Source: Takakia lepidozioides
Taxonomy: Eukaryota > Plantae > Bryophyta
NCBI GenBank assembly: GCA_030704615.1
Contig: CM060732.1
Span: 18,476,001-18,540,000, forward strand
DNA: 64,000 nucleotides
Direction: 5' to 3'
The notes beneath the pieces were generated by a model. That model saw only the letters and a list, made by a program, of their open reading frames with translations, had not been told where the DNA came from and did not search any database. The number at the start of each line of letters is the position of its first letter. The stretch's first letter is position 1. Position numbers and translations under genes: made by a program. Of this stretch, positions 23,601-37,900 are shown piece by piece.

Positions 23601-25528
23601 CACTGGCACCTAGACCTTATGTTTGCACGTATGACAACACTACAATTACCAGCCACTGACAATCTAAAAGGCTCTACAGATGAGGCAGAGACTTTAGGGC
23701 CACTTTTGCTCCTCTCTCTCTCCATGACCTTCATGTGGTTGCTTGACGTGCATAGCCCAAAACCCTTCTGGCCATTCGACTAACATGGAGAGCTTGGAGT
23801 GCATCACAAATACCAGCCACTGACAGTCTAAAAGTGAGGCAGAGATTTGAGGACCACTTTTGCTCCTCTCTCTCCCCATGGCCTTCATGTGTTTGCTTAC
23901 CGTGTACAGCCTAAGGCCCTCATGGCCATTCCACTACCATGGAGTGCTTAGAGTGCATCACACTTTCTATTTGTGCTTGACGATTGAAGGGCAAGGGCCA
24001 ACCCTAAAGATAGGCTCTCTTCCAACTACACACAACTTACCAGCTGTAGGAGGTCCCTACAGTTTCTTCTGCCTCCTTACTTGATATCAATTTTGGCACC
24101 ACACATGGATAGGGGGAAACCTCAGCAATCATAATAACAACATGTCCTGCTCTAACTCTCAACATTCAGAATTCCACAAGTTCCAGAGAGGATTGTGACA
24201 TTTCAAGAGAGTTGTGTACTTTTCTCTGGCCATATGCCTTCTGTACTGTCATTATTGAACAGATTGAATCACATCTGACTGGGCACTTCGGGCACATGTT
24301 GAGCATTGCAGTGGTCAGATGCAAGGGCTGAAAGCTTGGCAGTTCCAACGGTGGGCACCATATCCTCCCTTGTTGAGAATGCCTTGGCTTCCCCTGTTCA
24401 GGAGGTCAAGACAGTGAGAGGGCATATGATTGAGGAAACTTTCTTTGATGCATGGGCTTGGCCTGTTTGGCCCCCACAGTCCTCTAAGATGCTAACTAAC
24501 GGCTCAACAGAAGCATCGTTGAGTACTTCCAGACAATGGAGTGCATTTGCAGTACGAATCTCTCTTGACATGGCTACTAAAAGAGTAGCTATCGTGGTGT
24601 GGACATTGCAACCATTCCATTGCGCTTCTGCTCACTTGGTTATCGATGCTATTTCAGAGGAATGCAGAAAGGTCATCGTGTCCCTGGCGTTCACAAGGAT
24701 CCCTCTACAGGATGTTTCTTTATTAAATGATTCAGCCTTCCGCTTGATATCTATCAAATAGCACATTGATACTAGCGACAGTGAACCAGGAAAACATTGC
24801 GCATCTCTCCACTCCACCCACATTCAAGGGGGACCCCTAAGCAGGTGTAAGTCAAGATTTGGGTGCGCCATGTCAGTGACCAAACAGACAATAATATCCT
24901 GAACTAGCATAACCTAAGAAGACTGTCCCATCTGCAAGAACGTTAACCAATGCACGCTCTGCCAATCCAACTTGTCGTATGACAAGAAACGTCGCACTAC
25001 ATTGAAATTCGAGGAAATGGGTGATTCTCAAACTTTGTGAAACGCCCGGCTTATTGACAGGTTCGTTATGTTACTCAAAATGCTGAACATTCGAAAGAAG
25101 AAATCTATGAAAGAACGGGACTAAAGAAACACAGGCAAGGCGGAAAGAGAACCATAAAAGAGATGAAGGAAAGTGTAGAGAAACATAGATGCGACGAAGA
25201 CAGTCAAGGATGGAAGATTGAAAGAGGGGGAGAGAGAGAGAGAGACTTGGAGCGTTTGGGCGTGGGCTTCCGCTTTCCGAGTCCCGGCATCTAAGAAAGC
25301 AGCAGCCTCAGCCTCTACCCGCCCTCGGTGTGCAAGGGCAAACACCTCCGCCTTCTGGTTGCCCGAGATGCTATCTCCGTTAGAGAAAGATTGGGAGTTC
25401 GTGCCCATGACAGTGGAGGTCACCAAAGGCAGGCTGACGGTGGGAAGAGGCGGATCATTGGGTGCTATGGTGTCAGGAGCCCACCGGGGGGCCTGCATTG
25501 CAGCTTGGCCCTGCGGCTTCATCGCCAT
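20690..25528 (-). CDS. Multi-exon gene or pseudogene of unknown function with charged coiled-coil exons
   Basis: Phase-0 GT-AG exons at 25528-25247, 23428-23330, 22934-22821 and from 22061 (ARAEQRRMRHEARALERRK; VRAEKMVAKALEDE; EKAEAEETRKR). Stops in the downstream and intervening segments make the 3' structure uncertain. Confidence 0.45.
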
Positions 25529-26881
25529 TTGATCAGCTCTTGGGATCCTCAACCGGCTGCCGCCATCCCTGCATCCCCAACAACCCCCTCCCAATCTCCC
25601 TCTCTCTTTCTTCCAATCTGCACCCCCAATCTCAGCTACCCTCCCTCTCTGTCCCCCCTCTGTCCCGGCTGTTGGGATTGAAATCCCCTCCCGCCTCCCT
25701 CTCCGCCTCCCTCTCCGCCCCCCTGTCTCCTTGATTTCTTGTCTGACAATGACGTCAAGCAAGTGATTCTCTCTGAGGAAGTCGGGGACCCATCAGCTGA
25801 ACTAGGCAGGTAGAGCGTCTGCCACATGGCAACGACCAACTTAGCTGTCAGGCCGTCTGGCACGGTTTGTACACGTGAGTGTGTCTCATTGCTTGCAGCG
25901 AAGGCTTGTGATCATAAACCGGATGCTCTCACAGATTTGACGAAGCACAACTTGAAGCATTTCAACTTCCTTCTCTGTTATCTTCAAGAACTTGCTCACT
26001 GCTGGAGCCCAGTCCAGTCTTCCGCACACACAGGGCTCCAGAATAAAAATCATTAGCTACCAATGTCGAATTCATGGGATCTTTGTGTACATTGTGCGAG
26101 GAATGATGGCCGTTAATAGTGACAGTTATCTTGTGAAAACTAATTTAGGGAAGCTTAAGGGAAAGCTTGCTCTGGTAATCATGCATGCCTGTGTGTGTTA
26201 TGCATGCAGTTTGCTTGTTTCCGAGTCCAACAGACAGAGTTCGAACAGAGTCAAGATGGTGGTGTACTCTTCATTCTGAACAGAGGAGGAGAGAATTATG
26301 CCACAGATCTCCTACCGACAAGCAAGGGAAGAGTCTGTCCAATGGATCGAGGGATCTCGCAGACCTGGGTTCAATTTCAGATGGGACTACGCAGGCTAAC
26401 GTCCTAGCCGTGCGAACTTTCGTAAAGTACTGATCCCACACCAGGATGACCAAGAAGTCACATTCTTTGAACCTTCTTTACTCATGTGCAGTCTCTAGTC
26501 TCTACCGATACCCTGCAAATGTAGTCCGAGCTGAATCCTCCCGCTCATAGCAGTCGATGACCATGGATCTGTTCTTGTTAAATTGTGCAAAGATTAATTT
26601 CTGTACAGAGGTTTGGCGGATTTGTGTACCTATAATGTCTACCGAGCTGTCCGCATGTGAAGCATCGAATCAAAGCTGGTTGATTGAGTGAAGTCTTGTA
26701 AATCTGGACTTCAGATGATGCTGGATGGTGACAGCGGCTTCATCTGTGGAAGTATAGTACATGTACAATGAGATGTAACACACCTGAGCTAGAAACTCTC
26801 TAACTTTTTTGCAAGTAACTCGCGAGCTAGTTTACAGCACAGATGGAGATGCACGCGGATCCACCTGGGCTCTTCCGGTGG

Positions 26882-29523
26882 TCATTGTTCCACTTGATCA
26901 GGCTTAGGTGAAACTGGTGCAGATGGGCCTAATCTTGCCATGATGTCTATGGGACTTCGAGGTCTATACTCGGTGGCAAGGCACTGTTGGATTATCTCCA
27001 AGACTTCGCTCATAGCGGGGCGTTCATCTAGAGTGTGGAGGTTACAGCATGCCCGCCCACAATCGATCATGGTGTCCAGCACGTCTTGGATGTAGGTGCC
27101 CCTTGGTATGCGGGCATCTATGATCCCTTCAGATCCACAGAGAGGATGGGTAGCCTCCACCCATGAGGGCAGATGCCACTCAAGTTCAGGTCGGCTCTCA
27201 TCGAAGGCCTGTTTCCCGGTTATCAACTCCAGTAGCACTACGCCAAAGCTGTACACATCGCTCTTATGGGTCAGCTTCTGGCTCATCTTGTAGAAAGGGT
27301 CTACGTAGCCTGTTGTCCCCTTCACACTTGTGCAATCGACATGGCTGAGACTGGGATCCTCGTCGCTCTGGATCACCTCGCAAAGGCCAAAATCACCTAA
27401 CCTGGCATGAAATTGCCTGTCTAACAAAATGTTGCTGGTCTTGATGTCCCGATGGATAATGCTTCTGGTTGCCTGCCATGCACACAGACATGATGTTGTA
27501 AAGGTCAGACTGCGATTGGACACAGTTGAGCTTGTGAGAAGGCGGAGGTTGTAGGACAGAAAGGAGAAAACACTTGCTGAAAGAACCATACAACTGGATA
27601 GAAGAGAGAGAGTAAGAAATTGGAGTACTTAGGTCTGCAGGTGACCAGTCCCGACAGCTGGGACCGGACGAGATATCGGGTGATACACTGCGAAGCTCAG
27701 GATATAGGGGATAACGACCAGCTGGCGTTGATATATGCAGCAGACTCACTCCAGACTAGAGTGAGATATAGAGCTTGGTTCATGTGGGACCTAGAGCCTA
27801 ATCACTCTGCATATGACGGTTTTCAGATCTTGTGTCAAGTCTTTGTAGATCATTACTTGAGAGAAGAAAGTTCTGGGGAAATGATTTTTGAACAAGATCA
27901 CACATGAGTGTAAATTCCTGAGAGAGAGATAACCTCTGTGTGCAGGTATGCAATGGCGCTTGCACATTCGCACGCAATCCTCACCCTGGTGCGCCAGCCT
28001 AACACCCTCCGCTGAGAGAACTTGCCAAAAAGATGGTCTTCCACTGTACCTCTGGGCATGTACTCGTAGACCAGCATCAGGTGCCCGCGGTCCACGCAGT
28101 AGCCCAACAGTGGCACTAGGTGCTTATGGCTCAGGCCCGACATTATGTCAATCTCTTGCAGCATCTGTTCATTACCCTCCTCAGTTTCCTCAGAACTGCG
28201 CTTCACAGCAATGGCCTCTCCTCCAGGAAGCACGCCTTTGTACACAAACCCACAGCCCCCCGTTCCAATCTGCTTCCTAAAGTTCCCGGTGGCCTTCTTT
28301 ATCTCTTTGATCCTGAGAATTCGTAAATTTTCTTTGCCACTGATGTTCCTCAACGACAGACTACTCTCTAGATATCCTGATCCTCTCCAGTACAATGGAT
28401 TCTGTAACAACGACTTCATGAATCTGGAGGTGCACCTCTTGTATTTGGGCCGGGAGTTGTCCCTGTTCAAGGTCCTACAATCATTGTGGTGTTTGCACCA
28501 AGAGAGCAACAGTAATAGCAAAGCTACCAATGCAAGAAGGCTCGCAAACACTACTCCTAGAATCTCCAACTTAGGGTGTGAGTGTGGGGATGTATCACGA
28601 TCTCTGTCTTTCACGGCACTGGGTGCTGGTATGGAAGCTGTGTAATACTGGTCACCAAGTAATAGCTTCCAGTTCCGGGAAGTGCCACATGAAGCAGGAC
28701 TAGAACCCACAGAGAGGTTTGATCCGAGAGTTGTCCAAAGAGACGAGGGAATCTCTCTAGACAAGTTATTTTCGTTCAATGAGAGACAAAACGAGTGGGA
28801 ATAGTTAGAGGCAGGAAGCGTGCCCGAGAGGGAATTGCTGTTCAAATTGATACGACGAATAGCGGGAAGCTCCAGAAGTGCTGTTGTTACATTGCCCGTG
28901 AGATTATTATTGGAGAGGTCCAGAATCTCTAACTGCAATAGTTGCCCCAGCTCTTCGGGAATCCCCCCTACGAAGCTGTTGTTGGCCAGAGAAAGGTAGG
29001 TGAGGTTCTTACATGCGCTCAAACGTGGCGGAATAGTCCCGTTCAAAAGATTCGAAGATAGGTCTAAGCTCTTCAGATTGCATGCAGGGCCCAAGGACTC
29101 CAGTGGAAGACCCTGCAGTGTAAGAGAATTGTGGGAGGCATTCAGGACCTGCAGACTGGGCATATTGAAGAGCTCCACTGGTACGGGCCCAGTCAATGAG
29201 TTGACATCCAGATTGAGTACTTCCAAAGAAGTGAAGTCATGTATAGAGGATGGTATACTCCCGCCCCACCCCATGTGGCTTTCATTAAGTTGCAGGACTG
29301 TGCTCGGACTTTTGTTCGCCCGAAATGCAAGAACCATGGTGAGATCCCAGCACGCTGATCCGGACACTCTACTCGGTGGAGCTGTTGAAGGAGAGACTTG
29401 ATGAGTGTCATTCGGGGATTGGTCGTGAGACCCTGGGTCCCAGTGTCTTGCAATCCCTTGCCTTACGTCCGCACAGAGGAGTAGGGTCGCTAGCAGGACG
29501 ACCAATTCTGCCTCGAGGTGCAT
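26882..29523 (-). CDS. LRR receptor-like Ser/Thr kinase (exons 29523-27934 and 27472-26882, about 726 aa)
   Basis: Signal peptide, plant-type LxxLxLxxNxLxGxIP LRRs, TM helix, GxGGxG, VAVK-like IAVK, HRDIK, DFG, KSDVYSFG; phase-0 GT-AG intron. Confidence 0.95.
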
Positions 29524-32500
29524 TCTCTCCGACTCTCAGCCTCATGCAATCCCATAGAGGTGTCGACAGCCTAAATTCATACTAACAGGAACGAAATCCG
29601 GAGCAGACTTGACTGAATGAAAACGTTCTGACATGCACCCGAAGATAGATCCAAGGAAGGAAGACAGAGATCAGAAGGGTTGTGACTTGACATCTCACAC
29701 ACGCGAGAGGGACTGTTAAGAGGAGGGTTTGCAGAGAGATGACACGCCCTTTCCAGCACAGAGAGAGAGACTGGAAGAAAGAAACCTTATACTGTCCAGG
29801 AAGCTCAAAGACCTCCTTTCACAGAGGAAAGTGGAAAACAAGAAAAGTCGCCTTGTCGTCTAGTGGGAAGTGCGATTGACGACAATGCACAGGTCGGGCA
29901 GCCATGGCAGCCACAGAGGTCTGGGAATCCTCCTCCCATGCGCTCCCACGACCGCATCGACGTCATCTCCTAGAGCTCTGATGAGGGGGCACATCGTCGG
30001 GTCATTGCTGCTATCCTTTTCCCAAGACTTTGTCCACATTCCACAAGTCTCATCAACGCTACAGGACTTTGGACTCTCAGGTCGTCGGTGTCAACCATCA
30101 ACATTGACAACCGAGCGGACAAACAAGAACATAAACAATCATCCGATCACTGCGTATCACACCAGCTGCTCCCCTCTTGTAGTGAAGATTACAAACTTGG
30201 GAAAATTCATGTTGAGATTCCCAAAGCCTAGTAAGCACTAGTAAATGTTATGTGGAGGAATTTCTTTCTTTTTTAATATTTTGAGTATGAACCGAGTACC
30301 CAAAAAAAAACTGAGGAAGCAAAGACACCTGGTAGGTGTTCTGTCTTTGACCTCGTCCCCACTTCCACTTTCACTTGGGAGGAGTTGCATTCATACAATA
30401 CAATACAAACTTTCCTTGGGATGAGTTGCATTCTACATACAATACAAAGGTACTCGTCCCGAAATCTTTGAGGCGAACAATGTCAGATATTGAAGGTTTT
30501 TGGATGGGTTTTTGAGATAAGGGACAAAGCCCATGTGTTGGACCAGGGTTGTAGGGGTAAATAGTTTTTTGCACACCACATCAGGGTAAGAGACAAATGA
30601 ATACTATTTGCTTATATCCTATTGTCGTTACGGGTAAATGAAAATATGATGATCTGTTTCAGCCAATATATTCATAAGGGTAACTTGTCTATTTTCTTAT
30701 TTAATTTTTTGTTTATTAAGCTAAGGGTTAAAGGGAAACAATATGAATAATGTTCCCCAGAAAAATAATAACAATAATAATGTAAGAGAAAAAAAAATGT
30801 AAGAGCTTAATGCACACGCATGACCTCTGATGCTGGTTTTGGTATGTCAAATCTTCCCCACCCCCTCTTGAGATTGACAGAGATTGGGATGACACGCCAT
30901 GGGGTGACACCAGACATCTGGGTGACACGATAACTCCCACTTTGTGTCATGAAATAGACTAAGTCGAAATTTGACAAAGCATAAAATGTAATAGGAGTAA
31001 GTTAGGAGTAAGTTAACACCAGACACAAAAGTAACATAGACTGGGGTGACACAAACCACACTGACCAGGGTGACACGGATATCAACCGAGAATCAAACTT
31101 TGCACTTTTTTCTTTTTCTTTTTTCAACAAACAGGGGACAGTGGCCCTGGAATTGCATTAAGAAAAGTGGAAAAAATAACAACTCGTAGGCGTGAAGGCT
31201 TACAGCGGGGAAACTATCCCGTAGCCCTGCATCTCATAGTTACCAGCAGACTACTGGTCACTTGGAACAACCATCTGCTAAAATACTCAATAATAGTGAG
31301 TTCTAGCTTCCTAGGTAAGAGGGGGTGGATTTAACATCCCTCCCCCCAACCCAGCCCACTTTGCCAGAGTACTGTCCGATCACAAGAATGCATTAAGTTC
31401 TTAGTTCTTACATTACTCCTATTGTTTTCCGTCATTTTGGGCATAATAGCAGGGCTGATTATAGGAGGTATGTAGGGTAAATCAGGCAAATGATTTATCC
31501 GCACAACACTGGAACCCTTTGAGTTTTCTATATTCTCCTCGAATATCCATTGAGTATTCTGCGCCCAAACAGAATTTTACTGATGCGAAAGATTTTGTGA
31601 AGTAGTCATATTTAGCTAATGTGGCATATTGAACAACCCAATCATAAGGATGCGGGAATTAAAGAGCTTGATTGGTCATTTACATCATGAAAAGCTTCAT
31701 GGCTTCATGAGAGCTTCATGATGGTTTAGTGTATGAAAGGGACTAAGAGCCTGAAATGTGATCCGCTTCATTTCAAATATATATATCATTTAATTAAGAT
31801 TGACTAAGATTTTATTTTTAATTTGTTGTTGAGCCTTTTTAACAGAAATTGGAAAGGGACCACCAGCCAGTAGCTCAATTGGATAGTGCACTGAGTGCCA
31901 CCCATGTCATTCCGGGTTGAAATCCTGCTACCTTGTCGAGCGTGGTATGTTTTTATCCCCCCTTCCCTTGGTCGGTGTCCCTTGAGCCTTGTGCTTGGCG
32001 CCTCCTGGCGAGGTTTAACTCTGAAAGAGGTTAATTTTCCTCTCACTATAATGAAGGGGCCTGATTTGTGAACTGTTGCTCCCAGGTGTTTCCCTTTTCT
32101 TTAAAAATAAATATTAAAAAAGGGGGGCAGCCCCATAAAACTTTTATTAAGCAGAAGAAAAAGTAAAGCTCCCTGCCCTTCCTTGGTGAGACAATTTCCT
32201 GCAAAGACCTGAGGCCTGTTTGGCAGGTTTCGCCCAAACCTAAAGAGCTTTAGCATTATTAAGGGCTCAAAATAAAATAAAATAAATTCGCTTGTGAAAC
32301 TCTTTCATAATTTGAAATTGGGTCCTAGACTTACGAAACATAGGGTATGTTGGCCTATCACAGGACAAAGACCCATCACCGCACACAATGATAGCATGTC
32401 ACATGTGGTATGGATGGATGTATAATGACCTATGACCAGCACAAGCGACATTTGCCAATGCTTTGAATGTTTATACGTATCTGTATCTTGTATGTACCTT

Positions 32501-32771
32501 TATAGATTAAGCATGTTCATATAAAATTACAATGTTGAATGACAAATAACTTGTGAACTGTGCTTTGTTGGCCATTTCATTGGGGTTATGTCCGAAGGCA
32601 GATATAGTAGCCAAGGGGGAAACAGTGTGGGGCTTGTAGAGAGAGGGGAAGGCGATTGATGGGCACAACAATTGGAACGGTGGGAAGAGCCAATCAAATA
32701 GTAGCAAGAGGGGTTGTGAGAGGGAGACAAACAACAGTAGGATGGTTGGCAGACACCTCTAGTGTAACTAC

Positions 32772-33229
32772 CTGGGTTGGACTGGTATATTGCTAGGTGA
32801 AGGACTGGTTATTGCACTGGTATTAGATACCAGACCAATCTGATATCATTTTGGAGAATACTTGGTCGTATACCAGGCTGGTATCAGTTTTTTCATACCA
32901 GCTGATACCAGCCACAATAACAATACTCCCCCGCCATCTTCCTCATTTACTCTGGTATGTGTACTATACTAATTTCTGTGTACACATGCCTAACATATTT
33001 GTACTCATGTATATTTATTTTTTTATGTGTAGTGTATTTGATAAACTTGATACTTGCTATTTGATAAACTTGTAATTCAAGATGGCTTTGGAATGATACC
33101 AGAAATGATATCTCATACCAGCTGGTATTGTGGTCATGATACTCATATTCATACCAGTATCTGGAAAAAAAAAATACATCCAGGACCAGTTTGCAGGTAT
33201 AAGAAAAACTTGATACCAATCCAACACTG
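32772..33229. mobile_element. hAT-family MITE
   Basis: 8-bp TSD GTAACTAC (32764-32771 and 33230-33237); imperfect 17-bp TIR CTGGGTTGGACTGGTAT / ATACCAATCCAACACTG; many internal TACCAG/CTGGTA motifs. Confidence 0.85.
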
Positions 33230-33399
33230 GTAACTACCCCAAATTGACACTTGTAGGGTCGGCCTTATGGGAGGCTCTACAGCAGTTGAGGGGCCGCCTA
33301 CGGAGGGTATATAAGGGAGGAGAAGGCACTCCTCCTTACTACTCTAGTACCTATTCCTAACCTCTTAGTGGGCTGTGTCCACATGGCCCTGAAAAAAAT

Positions 33400-34760
33400 G
33401 CAAAATGAACCATAGCTATATTAATTAGTTTCAAACTATGTATTACTTGTGGACCGTACTAAATGCTCTAAAATCCCATTTCCACATGCTTGGGACCACT
33501 GAATGCTGCATTGAACTGACATAGATTTCAACCTGTATGGTCACACGGCCTATCAAACCCAATGTTACACATCAAACATCACGTAAAAAATAATTAGGCG
33601 GCAAGGGTTCACGCAAGTCTATGACCTCATCAACAGGGCCTATTTGTTAACCCCCTCTCCTTTAAATTGATGTAAAACTTACAAATTTTGTTCAAGAATA
33701 GATGTTCTTATTCATATTAAAACCTATCTTTCCAACTGTGCAATGAACCTTAAAATGGATGAAACTTGTTGAAGTTAGCGCCACTGAACTATAGTAGAGC
33801 CAAGTATAGAGAATGTCAAGCATGCCGCCGACTCGTCGGTTAACTCTCAAGCCCCCAAATCCAAAGGGGACCGCAAAAAAATGACCGTATCCCCCTACCC
33901 TGGATTAAAACTCTATCCAATGGGCCCACGCAACCCCAACGCAGAATCTGGACTTTAGGAATCATTAGCAATCGCCTCGCAGTTCTCTTTGTTCAGGATA
34001 TTTCCACAAATCAACACTTTTATTTGACATTGATATGATATTAACCCTCACCTTGCGACGTTCTACACCCCCACAAGGCATCCCAAGGTTCCCCCATCAG
34101 GATTTGCTGCTGGTCCTCCACTGCAAAAGAAATGAATCCTATGCCTGCCCCTACCATCCCCATTCACAGTTGGCTGGTAACCAACAGATTCATATGGATA
34201 CGACCTCTGTCCAAACTCCCTTTTGATCCCAAAGAGTGGTCTTGGGCCTTCTTCTGCACTATCGACCCCTTCTTCTCGTATACCACTGAAAAGGCATACA
34301 AGGCTCTTACCAATGCCCATCCTATGAAGGCTAAGTGGAATAGCAGTTGGGACTCGCACGGTCAAAATGAAAACTGGTTTGTGATTTGGTCTTCTATCTG
34401 GTTCAAGACTTGCTCAGCCATAATCTCAGCCTTTCTCTAGCAAATTGCAAATTGAGTCTCAAAAATGACTGGAATTCCATATTGCTATTATTTGTGGTTA
34501 CTGCACATTTGGCATCATGGAATCACTGGAGTATTGTTTCCTTCACTGTCTAGCTCTTGCAAAAATATGGCCATTTCTGAAAGCCTTCTATCATACTTGG
34601 GACCCTCGAAACCTATCTACTACTAAACTATGATTGACCGTCTAAGACTTGGATTAAACTCTACGCATAGATTGAGCAATCTTTTTGTTCTGCACATGTG
34701 CTCTATGTTTCATTCCGAGCAACTCTTGGGGAAGTCACTCCCTATATAGTTTAGGGAATC
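33400..34760 (+). pseudogene. Degenerate LINE ORF2 3' remnant
   Basis: W-rich post-RT segment (FFSYTTEKAYKAL...KWNSSW...IWSS) typical of the zf-RVT region; heavily decayed and boundaries approximate. Confidence 0.45.
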
Positions 34761-34901
34761 ACGTGGGATAAAGAGATATTTTCTATGGGGGTATTACAAC
34801 TTTTTTCCCTTTTTTCATCCACCCTATAATTATTTAATTTTGGAATATGCACAATTATTCGGCATGCTGTTTTTTTTTAATTTGACTATAATCATCAAAT
34901 A

Positions 34902-37900
34902 TGTCATGGTTTTGTTTGTGATTAGTTAGAAATAGTTATTTCTAGCTAATTAGGACATTATACATTTATATTTGTATTTTGTTGGCATTGGGACTTCATT
35001 TGGTTCCATGTGCCAAGTGAGGTGACGAACCTCACTTGGGACGTGGAGAAGTTATCTCCACGTGAGACGTAGGCGGGCTCGTCGTCTTCTTCTAGTCGAG
35101 CATTCCGAGGCATCTCTCGCCGCCATAGCTCTAGTACTTGAGATGGAGAGTGGGTGAGGTCTGTATGGTGGAGTCAATTAGAAAGGTGTCATTGGCTTGA
35201 CTTATATAACATGATAGAGTGGGTTCACCTCTTTCACCATTTCCGTATCACTAGAAGAAGACTTGCTTACATCTATGAGTGCAAGGTGTTAGCATAGTTA
35301 GCACTTGTGTTTTAAAGAGAACTTGATAGAGAGCTTTTGTATTACAAGGTGTTGCAAGGTTTGCAAAGAAAGTCCTTGTGGTGTTTATGCACAGAAAAGA
35401 GAGCCCCATTGCAAAGTTTGAGAGCTTGTGAAGAAAGCTCTTGTTCTCCAAGTGTTGCAGGGTTTGAGGATTTCAAGAAGAGCTCGGGTGTTAACCAAAC
35501 AAGCGGTGCATGTGTGGAGCATGGTTTCAGCTTGTAGGGGTCTTCAACTTCAAGCTTAGGAAAGTTAGGAGTGAAGGGAGAAATCTGATTTCTCTTCTGT
35601 GCAAGATAGTGCATTTGTAGAGCATGCTTTAAGTTGGGGTTTCAATCTCAAGCTTGAGAAGAGCATGTCTATGGAAGTGACAAGTGCAGGGCTGGAAGAG
35701 GAGCTCTAAGGGGTGCACTATGACCATGGAAGAGAGCACTATGAGTGCATACAATGGTTAGAAGAGGGTATGTCATAGAAAGCTCAATAACTTGTTCTAT
35801 GTTTGTTTCAATGAGTTATGGAGAAAGAGAGCTTATTGTGTGGCAAATAGCTAGCTCAGGGAGTTAAAGACACTCTTGGTGGTCCATTGATGCCCAAGAA
35901 ACCAAGAACAACACCTCTGGTTGCTCCATAGAAGCCATAGCTCGTTGGCAGCAATCGCAAAGCCAAAGCGGCACAAACCCTAGCTTGGGAATGTGTGGGA
36001 ACGCTTGAAAACGCATGTGAACTCTTTGGGAACGCGTGGGAACATTGCCCCAGGGTTGGGAGCACCACCATTGAGCCATCGGATGAACTATTGAGCCAGT
36101 GGATGAAAATCGGTGCTCTTGGATGAGAATCGGTCGCGGTGAATGAAATCTGCACCAGTGGATGAAATCTTGGTATCGGATGAAATATCGCACTATTGAA
36201 TGAAAAATCACGGCGCCGGATGAAACTGCGGCAACGGATGAACTATCGCGCCATCGGATGATAAATCACGGCGGCGGATGAAATATCGCTGCGGCGGATG
36301 AAATTGCGCCAGCGGATGAGATATCGGACCTGCAGATGAAAAATCGCAGTTTTGGATGACATTTGGTCAGCAACGGATGACAAATCGACTGTTAATGGAT
36401 ATTCTTGGGGCCTTTTGGGGGCTGTTTGGGGTCTATTGAGGCTAGTATTATGCAGGCTTGTGGAGCCTTCTTGGGGCTGTTTGAAGGCCAATGTTTTGCA
36501 GGCCTGTGGAGCCTTGTGAGGACTGTTTGGAAGACGATTGAAGGTCCTTGGAGGCCCATATTGGGCAGACTTGTGGAGCTGTTTAAGAGCTCTTTGGGGG
36601 ACTATTGGAGGTTCTTGGATGCCAATACTTGGCAGATTTGTGGAGCTCCTTAAGGGCTGTTTGGAGGACTATTGGAGGTCCTTGGAGGCCAATACTTGGC
36701 AGATTTGTGGAGCTTCTTAAGGGCTGTTTGGAGGACTATTGGAAGTCCTTGGAGGCCATATTGGGCAGGCCTGTGCGGCCATTGTGAGGGTTGGTTGGAG
36801 GCTGGTTGGGGACTTTGGAGGCCATTATTTGGCGGGCGCTTAGGGCCTTCGATGGACTGTTTGGAGTCCAAGTTTTCGGATTTCTTGAGCCTCGGTGGGT
36901 TTATGTGAGGGGTTGATTGAGCGTAGATTTCAGAAGTTTGTGGGGATAATTGGAGGGCTCTTTTGAGAGTTATTTGAGAGATCCTTGAAGGATAGTCTTG
37001 TCTAGTGCCCAAGCAAGAGTGTGTGTGAAGATAGGGGGAGTAATGGGATGAGAGCATTTTGGGCTTAGAGATTGCTTTAACTTCCCTTCTCTATAGTCTT
37101 TCATCATCCTTGTAGGCCAAAGTTTTTCCGTAAATGGAGGCAGAGCTAGTTTGAATAGAGACTTGGTCATCTTGCAGGTTTTTGGAGCCGCAAGGAGGTC
37201 GATTGATTTAAGGTGTGGGAGGTGTTGTTGTTTGAGTTTCCTGTGTTTGGATCATCCTCCCACACATGCATGCTTGACTGTGCGCCATGCTAGTTTGGTT
37301 TGGGTGCTTGCTTTTATAGGTGGTTGGTCCGGAAATATTGTGGCCAGCCAACCCTAGAGCGTGTTGTCGATGGTGAGGCTGGGGTGATGACCAGCAGACC
37401 ATAGGAGTGCCTGCAGTGGATGTAGGTGCAGGTTCATGTTAGGAACCTAGTATTCCAAATTACCATAAGCTGCAACAAGTTCTCTATCTGGTTACCTTGT
37501 GGAAAGGGGGATTAGAGACAGGTTGATAGCCGGTTTGAGTGTGAGTTTTCATCACGGAGGTGCCACCTCTGAGGAGAGTGTCGATATGAGCACCAGCAAT
37601 TCTAATGGGTATACAAGACGAGGTGTGCGGTTAGGCCACCTTCACCTTCACCTTCAGTGTCTTCTGAGGAAGGTTCAGACTCAGAGTTAGGAGGATTATC
37701 GCCGAGGGTGCAAGCCATTTCTGTGACATTGTTGTGGGATACGATGGAGGAAATGTATGGAGCTACCAAGGAGCCACGTCGGTACTCTAGAGCTGTGGGC
37801 ACCATCGAGCTTGATGGTTTCATACAGGAGTTTGATAGTTGGTGTGATTTGCAATAGATGCGCAATCCACAACTGTTTACGCCTTTTATGGCATGGAAGG

